NCBI GenBank assembly: GCA_977030845.1
Contig: OZ365118.1
Location: 15,314,001-15,378,000 of the forward strand
Origin: Fimbriosthenelais zetlandica
Taxonomy: Eukaryota
Length of the DNA stretch: 64,000 nt
Direction of reading: 5' to 3'
Made by a program: the position numbers and the translations under genes. The notes below the pieces were generated by a model. That model was given only the letters and a program-made list of their open reading frames with translations. It was not told where the DNA came from and made no database searches. Positions 47,154-59,600 of this stretch are shown one piece after another; position 1 is the first letter of the stretch, and every line of letters starts with the position of its first letter.

Positions 47154-50100
47154 CTGAGAAAAGAGAGAAAAAAATGATGAAAAATACACATCAAGACCTT
47201 CGATGTCTGTCGTTCAACCAAGAGCTACTATTATCAGTTTTTTCCACCCACGCGTGGCTCTTTTGAAAGTACTGTTATGATAGCCTGATTCATAGGGTCG
47301 TTTAGCAAGCGGAGGGGCTGTGCGGGTCCCTGGGAAGGGCTTGATCTGGTATATCTCACTGACACTAAAGGGGTTTAGGGCATAGGTGTATATGGTGAGG
47401 GGTGGGGAGGGGTGGCTGGCGTGTTTATAAATATGAACAGCGGCTAGGGAAGGGCTGAGCCAGATGGATGATAGTCTCTAAATGCGCGTGTGGCTTCAAG
47501 TCTCAGTCAGATCAGTTTGTGTGTGGAAGAAGCCAACCTTCCAATGTGGCTTCTACCTACAATCCAAAGTCCATGACCTAACACTACAGTGGCATCCTAG
47601 ACACAGAGAGATGGGAGGGAATTTTTAGCCCTTGCCAAGGCAGATGGCATCAAAAGAGCAGGGATGCATCGATTTACCATGCCTTCACAATAATATCATC
47701 CCTTCTTATTACCCCCTCCCCCTCCCCCTTACCTCCCCACCCCCACTAAAACCAGCCCCGGAAGTCAATATTGAGGGCGAAGTGCGGCCTCGAGCGGCTG
47801 TAGTCTTTGCCTGATAATGCCCTCGTACAATGGAGAATGGGGGACAGCAGTGCTAGGATGGTCATTTATATTTCATAATTCCCTTTCAGTGTGGCCAGGA
47901 TGAGGTATAAATCACAGTGTCTGGTGACAGGCAAGCCTCATCTGGCCACATATAGGCAGAGAGATTAGGACCCGCTATCAGTCCCAGCCAAAAACTTAAC
48001 CTCAGTTCATCTCAGTGTAGATATCCCACTGATGGACAATGCTATCCAGCGATAAGCTATACAAGCACTGAAAATCAGTCATTACTTTGAATATAGCTGT
48101 CTTTTGGGGGTCCCAGGAGTCATGATCACTTGTGAGGAAAATCATGACTGCTCATGTATAAGTCTATTCATTGGTAGCCAAAATGGCCAAAGATTCGCTT
48201 CGAAGTATTTTTAATTAGCTATTTGACAAGTCTATGGACAACTCTATGTTTCAGTGTCGGTGACATTCCAGACAGACTAAGTAGGTACGAGACATATCAT
48301 GCAAGGACATTATCTATAGTGGGAGCTACGTACTTAATGGTCTATCAAAGTTATTGCTTAAAAGCTTATCCTTCATAAGGTTTGACAGATTACTGTGTAT
48401 ATGTGTACGGGAATACATACATGTTGTATGTATACCGTGGAAATACATCTTTATATAACAGATTGAGAGAGATTGTGGAGCAAATGAGAAAAAACATTAT
48501 TCATATATGGTTTAGTTCCACTGCAGTCCACTGAGGTCCCAGGAGCTTTTAAAAATATGGTTCCTGCAATGCTTCCTTCTGACAAGTCGGTTTCCCTTAC
48601 GACCAAAGTTATGACTGCTTTAGGATTGTCCTAAAGACAATCTTAAGGCTGATATAATCCACTGCATTGGCAGTTGCAGCAGTAAATCCACTGAGCTCCC
48701 CTTTAAGGCTTCAGTGGATCTGGGACTTATGAAGTTAGAATGTCTCATCAGGAGATCCTTATTAAGCCTTTATTCAAGCATCATGATGGATCATTTTGTT
48801 TCCTTTGCACATTTTATGCTTCATGTAGCGAACCAAGCGTGAGAACTATAAACAGTCTTGATGTCTGCAGGGATATAAAAGATTCCTAATGGCATACATA
48901 AACTTATTACAATGTGCTCGTTTCAAATTCAAGTTCCCTACAGCACTGAAATTACCCAATGTTGTACAGTATGTGTGTCATAATACATCGATATTCTCTT
49001 TTAACTGTTATGTATTGAAGTGTTTCTTACGGATGGAATTTGATAATTCCACCCTTCACTTTCAATTTGTTTTTTAACTGGTTTTGACTTTTAACCAGTT
49101 TGCTATAAAGCCCCTGCCCAATGTGTCCACGAAAATCATTAAGGCCTCCCTGGGACTTTAATAAAGGATCTTGTTAGGTCCATCTCCAGTAAAGATGCCC
49201 TTAAGACAATAGGGCTTAACAAAGGACCCTAGAACTGCAGAGTTCTATGCAAGGGCCAAATCCAATTTTGTATTTTTAGAGGAAACCCATTAGCATTATA
49301 ATAGCCAGCACTTTCAATGATTTAGACCGTTGGTGTCAATATATTTCATCTATCCTCATTCCAACATTCAATTTGGCAATGAACTTTGTTATTAAACAAT
49401 GAACTATGTTATTGAACATCTGTAGATTGGTAAACATCTCAACTAACTGTTACTGCAGTAACAGAATGTAAACTGGATTTTGTGTTATAACCCCACCCAA
49501 TGTAATTTGCCACTCTTAGCTTTTATACCCATAACAAGGTGTAATAGAATTTGCCCGAATCTTCAATTTAATATTAGAGATAACGTGACATAATTAGAAG
49601 CTTAATGATTTCAGCTGCTGTACAACGGTGGTACGGACAAATAAGTCGCCCCTTCAGCACGCACAAGCCTGCCTTGTTTTATTGCATTTCGCATTCTAAT
49701 TATCGGATTTATGTGCATTGCAGTGGCATGTTAAAACATCATAAATTGTCTTCCTTTCACTCCGGTTCATAAATGGTTAATTTCAGAGTGTAAGACACAC
49801 CGGGAATCTGCCTTGTCATTTTTTTATACGACCTAGTTTAGAATTTTGCGATAGTTCGATGCAATGAAAACTGCGGAAATTGATCGGAATGTTGTTCCAG
49901 CGTTAACAATATGGTCGATTTCTCACCCCATTATCTTTCCCTTTCAGAGACGAGATAGCTGCTTATTTTACGAGTGGAGAGGTTTAAACCAGCGAGACGA
50001 GCATCTATAATGGGACGGGCCCGGTTAAATGATTACAGAAGAAAACCGCCAAAAGCCAAGCAGCGAATAATGGTATAAATTTACGGGCATGCCCAGGCCG

Positions 50101-50639
50101 GGAATCCCTTAATTGTCTTACGACCAAGCCCGTTACTGGCTTCCGCATTGCTGCAGGTAACATTACTCCTCAACAAGATAAGCTGTAATCCAACTAATGG
50201 TTCTGATTAGACTGAATATCTTATCACTCCCCTTCCATCAGGCACTCTCTTCTTCGTCGTCGTTTTCTTCTTACTCCTCGCCAGCCCAGGCCTTCTTTGA
50301 GTCATATTTTTATGTTTGAGTCATATTGTCGCGAAGAAAGGGGGCCACTGGTCTGTTGGAGGTATTATAAAGCCGATTAGAAGGTTGGGAGTTCACTCTG
50401 GTTTCCTTTCTCAGATGCAGGATACAAAATGCACCTGGTAATGGCAACCATGCATTGTACAACCATAATTGTTGTACAATGCCCTGAATATTGCCTAAAG
50501 TATTGTCAAATTACCTCAATGGCAAATCACCTATACACAAAATGGTTGATATTTTCACTCCTTTCAAAATCTTTTAATTGATTTAGGCGATTATTCAAAT
50601 TTCATGCCAAGTCCTTCACCTTAATGCAGTTTCTTATAT

Positions 50640-50704
50640 AACATCCCATAATGCTAATGAAACATCCCATAATGCTAAATGAAACATCCCATAATGCTAA
50701 ATGA
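50640..50704. repeat. 21-22-bp minisatellite x3 (AACATCCCATAATGCTAA(A)TGA)
   Basis: Units at 50640, 50661 and 50683. Confidence 0.95.
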
Positions 50705-50923
50705 GATGATCATTCCATTAAGACCATAATGCCTAATTTTCATTGAAATTCCACACTTATATATAATTCATGCTGTGACACTTTTTAACATTGTCATCCT
50801 TTTATCATAATCATTCCTTTTAATTGAATTATGATAATCACCATTAAATTATGCAAGGAAAGCCTCGGGGCTTTTCATTACGTGGGAAATAATTTCCTGA
50901 GAAAAGGCATCCACTCTGGCCTG

Positions 50924-51004
50924 AGGGCCTGTTTCATAACAAACATACAACACTTTCCCAGGGGGATATCATGTGCTAATGTATCTCATTTTTCTGAAAC
51001 ATGA
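50924..51004. mobile_element. Decayed MITE, same TIR family as 29874
   Basis: Starts AGGGCCTGTTTCATAAC. Degenerate right end TTTCTGAAACATG. Confidence 0.35.
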
Positions 51005-53650
51005 CAGAACATAACTTCTTGCCCTTGCAATGGCGTCCTGGCATGTCATCAACCGATAGACACCTTTATTAAGTGTGCTCTATTTAACCAAGATAAGGAT
51101 CAGACAAGAATTTAATTAGACCCATAAAAAAACTTTGCCCTGTTAAAAGGTGTTCACCCATTGTGGGGGCGATGTGTATCAGATCGGTGGATTGGGTGCG
51201 TATTTGTAATGGGAAGGACACATGCAAACAGTCATATCACGACACGTTCAGCCCAACATAGGCCTATAGACACACCACTCCCCGCCCGATCACCTCTCTT
51301 GCCTTGCATTAATCGGGCACCATACCCCATGCCTAATGAGCCATGTTTGCCTTATTGGATCCAGTGGAGGAAATCCATAATGCCAATGAAATTTGACCTT
51401 CCTGGGTTTGGGCTTCATGCTGGGGGGGAAGCAGGCCAGGGGGAAGTACCACAAATGCGGCCTGGGGATCCCAAATGGAAGAGTCGCGCAACAAAGGAAA
51501 CACTCGCTTTATTCTCTCCCCCTCGCTTTATTCTTACAGCGGGCAGATGTGTGAGGTTGAGCGGTGCAAATGCTCTAAATTGCATCACGCTATTACATTA
51601 TTTCCGTTAATTACGTGCCTCTTGTTGGTTCTCTATTAGCTGTGGAATCAATAGTGACTGAGTTGCTTGTCTCTTTCCGTTCCCTTGTCCCTGTGAATCT
51701 CAGTTAAAGGCTTCCCCAAGGCTTCCGTCCGTCGACGGTTCCCCTATCAATAATATCATCTCCATCATCCTTATCAGTGGCTATCACCAACGGCCCAGGC
51801 ATGTTCCATATTTTTAATGCCTTTTTTCCAAGGGAATACTTGGTCGATATTCCCCCCCTATGTGCGCGGTGCAATGAAAAATGTGAATAATCAAGTATAC
51901 GCGTTTAGACGGGCATCTATTTGCCCACTGTAGATATTCATGGGAGTTGTGAGTAGCGAAAATGTTTTTATGTCCAAGCATGAGGAGCTTTCTATTCTGC
52001 TGATAGACTCCCGCCATATCTCTCTATATCTATATATATACACATACAAGGCCTCATATAAGACATCCTTCCCAGTGCCACAAACAATCCCTTCTATCCT
52101 CCTATATGTATGTTTTTTTACTCTGCCTCAAGGGATCGTACTCATAAACTGTTTAGGGACACTATATATGCTGTGTATGGGGAGCCTGGCTTGCTCTCAC
52201 ACAGGCAACTGCTCTTACCAGCTCAGCCAGCCTAGCATGAGCTGCTCGATGGTTTTTAAAAGCCGCTAGGTAGAGAATAGCAGGAGAAAGCCAGCCACCA
52301 CCCACGGCCTCATTTGGAATTAAAAGACCCATCTCCTACAGATTCCGCGTCCCAAATCACTACGCTTCCCCTCATTTTCCCACTCCACCCAACCCACACA
52401 CTCTCATATTTGCAGCTCCCATCTCCTTCTAAGATTACCATGCCCCCCCAAGCTGCCTCCTCCTTAGGGAGCCAAGTCCCTCCTTGTTTTTCCCTTGGAC
52501 CATCCAGCCCTGGTTCCCGCACCCCCTCCCTTGACCACTTGCCCGACCGTCTATTAGGTCCTTGCTCACCCTCTTCTGAAATCAATCACTTCCGCATGCT
52601 GGGGAGGCAGAAAAACTTATCTAAGAAGAACTTCCCCCTCATCGAATTCGCGCCAGATGATTGGCTCCAAATGATCGCTTTCGTCAACAATATCGCATTT
52701 CTCTAATGAAAATATTCAGTTCCCTTCTTGAGACGCCGGCGCCTATAAACTGGCTCCCCCGAGTGCTGAAAAACTCGTTTAGACCTTCATGTACTTAAGT
52801 ACCTTGTGTCTGAATAGAGTTTTTTTTTAAAGGATACTGTATATTAGTAGGTCTAACTTTGTAGTTGCTCAGGCTAACTACCAATTTCTTTTTCTAAATA
52901 AAGTTAGAAACTGCAAGCCAAGTGTAGGGTATAGTTCCTAGCTTATAAAGTACACAAGATACTAAAAGGGTTCTATATACTGTATTTGCAACATGGAATT
53001 CTCTGACAACAATATTGTCAGAGAACATTATTATGATGATCAGTATTATACAGAACAGCTATTAATCATAGCACCTCGCCAGAAGCTACGACAGTCAATT
53101 GATTCCTATACAGTACCATTGTATGAAACCATGGCTGTCGAAGCCCACCCAACAGATATTCTGTTCCACTCTGTTGTACAATATCACTCAAAAATCTGTC
53201 GCCCATTTGAATGGCGTAGCATGTTTTACATGCTAGATCCATGATTAATGTTTACATCGATCGCCGTAAGCCTGCCTCACCCAGGGTGGCGGTAAACAAT
53301 GCAGCGTCGATCCATGGCCCACTGTTTGATGTTTTGCCAATGTAGAGTACTGTTGAGTCAAACTGCTCATTGACAAACCGGCCAATAACAGGCGATGATG
53401 TGAGCAGATATGAGCGACTCAAATGCTTGACAGAAGCTGCTCGGGTCCACAACTGCAAGCAGTAAGCGAGACTGGGGGAGGTGGGGGGGGGGGGGGGGGG
53501 TGGGGGGTTAGGAGAACAAATGTTTCTTCAGTAAATGTTTGTCGAGTGGGCCTGGGAGACTCATTCCCTCAGACAGTCCCTTTGCTCGATCATCATTTGT
53601 CAGTGATGCTCCCATTGGACCTTTCCCCCCAGACAAAGCTTGCATGTAAA

Positions 53651-53695
53651 GCGCATGCGTTGATTGGCCTGCAGCTTCCGGTAGCTCTCGCGAAA
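53651..53695. promoter_or_regulatory. Promoter-like motif cluster (NRF1, CCAAT, ETS, TCTCGCGA) inside the long intron
   Basis: GCGCATGCG at 53651-53659, ATTGG at 53663-53667, CTTCCGG at 53675-53681, TCTCGCGAAA at 53686-53695. Locally CpG-rich. Confidence 0.4.
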
Positions 53696-56600
53696 CGGAT
53701 GGAACGCACATCAGAGTTTGTATATTGCTCGGGCACAGATTTCCAACCCATATGTGAGACCCATGCTGTGATCCGAAGCAAATATCACCAAGACCAAATC
53801 CAAAACTGGCTACATGGGGGCTTCAAAAATCCCTGTTTCGTACAGCAACCATTTTGCTGTTCTGTTCAGCTCCCAAAGCCGAAGGAGGAATATACAGCTA
53901 TTTAAGGCAGTAGAAAGTGGATTAGACCATCTCAGGAACCTTGAGCCTTCACCTCATGAGCCGGGCACTACTAATTATAATGAACCCAGGTAGAAACCTT
54001 AAATCTCCTTCCACCGATGCTATCCCAACACCCAAGTATAAATTAAACCAATTAGGCCGGGGCAGCCGGGTTCCCTCCAACCACTGGCACGCGCTAATTA
54101 TAGCTATTAGTATGTGATGGATACGGACCGGTCATGATATAGCACTACCCCCCGTGACAAATATCATCCCAGAACCTGGTCATAGATCATACCTCATCTA
54201 TTACACCTTAAAAGCCTTCATTGAGGATGTCTTGTTAAAAGGCTTATTTATAGCAGTGTCAGCTATGGCAGGCCATTAGAGCTGAATATGTCAGCTTATT
54301 TCATGCCTACTGGGTCAATCAAAAGTTGGCCTCCTCAGGGTCTGGAGTGACTGTCAGTGAGAGAGCCAGGGACATTAGTGTCACTGAGCCGGACTCACTG
54401 AGGCTGGCTACTTTCTTATACTCCTCTCCCCATTAATGCCCTGCTCGTCAGATCAAGGTGATTGCTTCCAGGTCAGTGCATCTGGGCTGAGGTAAGAGCA
54501 ACAGGAGTTGGTTCTCTGCCATGTTGAAGGCTCAGCAACACTAAGCAGATTTCTCCACTGCTTTCCAATCTACCATCTCAAACCCAAATCTTCACCGCCA
54601 AAGTCGTTCGAAGGATTTTTGGTCGGACTTTTAAGCTTTATAAGCTAGCCCCCAACTGGAGGCGTCTGAGAGGGAAAATTGAAACGAATGTGTTTGGGCC
54701 AGCGCATGCATCCCAAAGGGCATATGATGTGCTTGGTCGAATATTTTGACTGAATATGAGCATTCTACAGGTTGTACTTCTAAGAGTTTGGAGATAAGAT
54801 TATGTCTTGAATTACAAATTCCACGGTTGGTAGTGAAAGGCTTGTGGAAACGTCAACGACCAAACCCTTGCATTAGCCATGCGTTCAGCATTTAGACGCT
54901 TCAGTAGCAGAAACGCACGCACGCCTCCAGTCTGCGAATACCTTTATTCTTAACTTCAACTTTTGTATTGAGGAAGCCAGAGAGATAACCAAATGGAAAA
55001 TCGGCTTATTGGGTTGTAGATATAAGCCATGCAGACAACTCTGACAATATCAGCCCCTAATAACCTACCACCAGAGCTGGTCTTCCACTGGTCACCTAAT
55101 GCTACTGACCACTAAGTGTAGACCCCTCACCACAATGTCCCTCATCAGCCTTGCTCTATCCCCTCCCACACATAAAAATACTGGTTGGCCCAGACCTGCT
55201 GCTTTAGCTTTGCCTCAATGTTATATGTACCTATATCTCTCACCACTTGCCTGTACAGTTGCTTTCCTCCCATCTGTGACTGAGAATCAGATATCAGAGC
55301 TATAGATATTAATAGATCCAGACAGGTAAAATGAAGCAAAATGAAAGACAGGGGAGAAAATGGCACGTTGATTGTCATTATGAAAATGAGAAGGAATTAC
55401 AACCGTCTCAAGTCGTCTCCTTAAAATATTCCCAAATGACATCAGGAATTAATGGGAAAATTAATAATAAAGAGAAAGTCAACATCAAGTAGATGAGGGG
55501 ATTGAAAGGGATAGATGAGTAAAAAGAGATGGGTTAATATTGACAGTATCCAATATGGAAGAAAGCCAGGAGGGATGTAGTTGGTTGGCAGGGTGTAGCA
55601 ATAATCATAGCGGAGCGTATGTGACACACCTATAAAAGCCATGTCCCCTCAGATCTCCCTGAACATGGCATATAGCCGGAAACAGCCCCAAGGAGACTCT
55701 GCCAATCGACCTCTTACAAACACAAGACCGTGTACGGCCCCTTCTTTTTATTCATAGAAGCCATCCAGCCGATTTATTTGATAAAACTTCCCCCTTTTAT
55801 ATGTATGTGTTAAGCGTTGGACCCTCCTCCTCCCATATAACCTCGGAGGTGTTGTTCGCTTAGACCGCAAATATTTTGATCCAGCTGTAAAAGCAACAAA
55901 GGTGGGGAAATGTTTGTGGGGAGAAAGCTATATATGCATGGTACAAACAAGGCCTGGTGCCCAGTGGGAGGTCTCATTCGTAGGTTCAAATAGATCGTGT
56001 ATATTTCAGTGAGAGCCTCAACCAGTGATAGCCATGTCAGTTCAAATGGCCGCTTGCCTCGGCTTCTTTGAGACCAGACGCTCCAGCGACAGCCGTTTCT
56101 ATCGATCATTTAAAAATGCCCCTGGCAAAGAACACATTTATTTCACGACATCAATGCGCATGATTACGCTGTGAAACCCATTGCCAACATTGGCTTACAA
56201 AAGCCTCGAGTAAAAATATTTTGCTTTATGCCATTTCATTGCCCCTTGGTATTGGTAAAACATTTTTCTTTAAGAAAAAAACCGCCTTCTTAAAAGAGCC
56301 TGAAAGGAAAGAGTGTTGTGGTTTAACTTGTCTGAGGACTGCCATATTTTACACTGTCCATTGAGCAGGGCATTTTATAGATGGTCCAATGAGAGGAAGC
56401 AATAAGCTCTCCTCGCCCAGTTACAGTCCTGGGGTAATACCTAAAGTAGTGGAGGCAATGGACGGAGGTAAATGATTATGAATATTGAGGGGCCGCCTCA
56501 AAGTAACCTTTCATTATGTCCGCCTGCCTCCTGCTAGCTTTTCCTTTAAGGGAGATGGCTGGCTTTCCTTGACAAGTGCTTGCCCTTTGAGTATTATTAT

Positions 56601-59600
56601 ACCTTCCATATGTCCCACGGGATGAGATATTTCACTAGCAGGCGCAGCAAAGTATTCTAATAACATGGGAAATATGAACCGTAAACTTGGAGGGTGTCAT
56701 TCTTATACATGACTCCCTATATTTACTATAGGGAAAGGGTTAAATGCACAATGATGTATGTAATATACTCAGCGAAACGACCGAACCCCTTGAAAATAAA
56801 GAGTCCCCGCGAGACACAAGACACCTACTCACTTTTCAATAGAGAAGTCTCACTTTTAAGTTGATTCAATAAGGCCCTAACCCCAAAGCTTTTAATGCTA
56901 TATTGTATGAGTGGACATGGCCAGGAGTCTGCATCGGGAACTGTGGTGGGATTTAGGGCTATGTCGATTCCATTTTTCTGCTTTTCCTTTCGAGCCGTTC
57001 CATGCTTTGACTACAAGTCGTTAAAAGGCCTCACTCCTACGAACACCCTCAGACATCATTGTGAGGCTGGGAATGGAGATCCTGGGCCAGGATCAATAGG
57101 GTTCACTTCAGGCAATTGACTTGAGCTAAATCAATACTTGCAACCCTTTAAAGGTAGGTTTTTCTATTGCCAAGCTTGTGTCCCCCTCCTCTCCAAGGCA
57201 CTCGCTTCAAACCAAATACAAGTCAGCTCTGGGGGTTCTGCTCCCCACTCCACAATAGTAAAAGACAATACAATGGATTATTTACCAACACCCGAGGCAT
57301 AAACGCTTCCATATAAAAGCAATTGCTTTGTTTTCCTATTGCAAATCACATAGCAAAGAGACCACCCTAGTTTATCATTCAGTGATCGGAAATGCCTTTT
57401 TGGGTGATAGCTTAATGAAAGATTCATAAGGGGTGATCGGAGCGAAAGATCTGTGCAATTTCGCGATTATATCGTCTGCATGGACGAGCGAGGCAAAGAT
57501 GGATGAGTGAGAGCGTTGGCATCGGGTCTTATCACAGACTTGTACTGTCACCTCAGAGGAGAGAATGATGGAGATGGTCTCACTAAGTCATCGTAATTAT
57601 CACACACACCCCACAGCAAGGGACAGTCTCCAATCAGGACGAGCAGCGAGAAAAACTGCCGCAATGATCGATTCATATCATCTGTGATTAATAAAGGAGT
57701 GGAAGATCTAGGAGGAAATCGATATGCTGTAAGCAATGATGTCACTCTCCTCTATCAAAGATCACCCAGTCTTTTTCATTGGTGAAATATGTGTAGGATC
57801 TCATAGACCATTGCTTCTACCCGCCATACATCAGTAACCTCCTCATTCAATGATTATGCGACTTTGCTTGCGACTCAACTGCGACTAAGCTAATTGTGCT
57901 GCAATACAATTTTTTCTTCAAAGTGTGCAAGTCCATAAGCCCATATGCCACTGGTACATTTTTTCATTGCGACACTGCATCACCTTTATCGCAGTAGTAT
58001 CGCAATCAAAACCACAGCAGTGGAGTCCTGTCTTGCTATCATAGACTATGTTGAATCCCTTTAACATACTAATATAGATTGGTAGTGGGAGTATGGACAG
58101 GAATATGGCCACACATTTAAGTCTTCAAGCAGTGATAGATGAGAGTAAGTTCAATAACTGGGGGCGGTTTATACGCTATTAACGCCGCTAGATATGAATC
58201 ATACACCCAGAGCTTGGAGACGACCCAGCCTCGTGTGAACACCGACTAGCGAGGTCAAGCCCGGGAGACGAGGGTCAGCCTCATGTGATAGCCATCCCGG
58301 CTATTTCATTAACCACATGTCCCCTCGGACATCTAATGAGTTTCATTATACATGCTGGTCGTGCAATTAGACTGACGGATGAAACACTCGAGTAAAGAAG
58401 CCAAGGCTGGATCCCTCCGTAGGAAGTTGCTTTATTAAGAGGAGTGAAGCCGGGAGGAAGAGAGAGAAAAAAGCCTGGATTAGTCTGCCTTCTCCAGCTT
58501 TTACCATCCCTGATAGAGTGTCTGTAAAACATCACTTCAAGCTCCCCACAGATTAGATGCCCCCGCCTGCCTTTTGTATATCCTAAATCCAGCCTGATCA
58601 TTCCAGGCGCCTTTCAGATGTTCACTTCATTCAACAAGAGCCCCCTCCATCCACTGAAATTCTTTTTGCATACGTAATTGATCTAGAATGTGAAGAAAAC
58701 AACTTGAATTTAAGTCCAATCAAGATTGGCCAGGATGGAGAAATTTGCCTTCCTCAATGATTGAACGGTCTTGGAGCAAAATAATGTTAAGAAATATGTT
58801 TACGGGCGATTTAAGTGGTCCGTCGGTTTCAAGTGAGACCGTATGAAAGAGACATTTGGATTATTGAGCCTGTGGCTTATAACTAAGACAAGGCTCGGCT
58901 TTGGAGCTCCTTCATTCCAACACCTGTCGCAGCCAAGTAGAAAACTGTCAATGGGAATTCCTCCGCCCCAATCACTCCGTCCGGGCTTATAGCCGCAAAG
59001 AGTGGGAGAACCTTAATTAAACTGGCTAAAATGTGCCCACCGAGATACACCCAGACATAGCTTAAATAAGCCGCTGCCTGCGCCCATTCCTTGCTCTGTC
59101 AAACCGACGTATTAAAGCCATATTTCTTTTTTTTCAATTATTTTTCCAAGGGACCATTCATGTCCGTGTGACTCAGGCTTTTTATGATGGTGTGAAATGC
59201 ATTTTCTCCGCTGCGGAAGGCGGCGGGGCTTTTGAGATGCTATGACATGTGATAGAGGCTTTCAGGCGAGGGATCATTAGCCTAATAAAAGGGGATCAGT
59301 CGACGGTGATGGGATTTATTTCATCACCTTTGGTTTTGCTTTAAAAGCCATGGAACTCTGCCTCTCTTCCTCCGGCTCCAGTGTATTCACACCATACCAT
59401 GTATTTTACCACATTGCAGGAACCAGAGAAGTGCCAGTCTAAAGCTTTAAGGCTCAGTCTCCCCATGTTATTTTTCCCACCTCTCTCCACTCACAATAAG
59501 CAGTTATAAAGTCCGCTTATCCGCTTATATATTCACGGCCCAAAGTGCAAATGGAAGGGAGGCTGAATAGAGCAGTTATTCGATGAAAAAAACATATATT

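Noticed and set aside
50640-50704. Short repeat arrays (also 31615-31700) considered as CRISPR-like
   Set aside because: Eukaryotic context, head-to-tail units or spacers of only 7-8 bp, and no cas genes.
53281-53452. Minus-strand segment bounded by a plausible acceptor and donor
   Set aside because: The only open frame is phase 0 to 1, incompatible with exon A, and the other frames have stops. It is not a coding cassette; the donor is kept only in the internal-promoter hypothesis.
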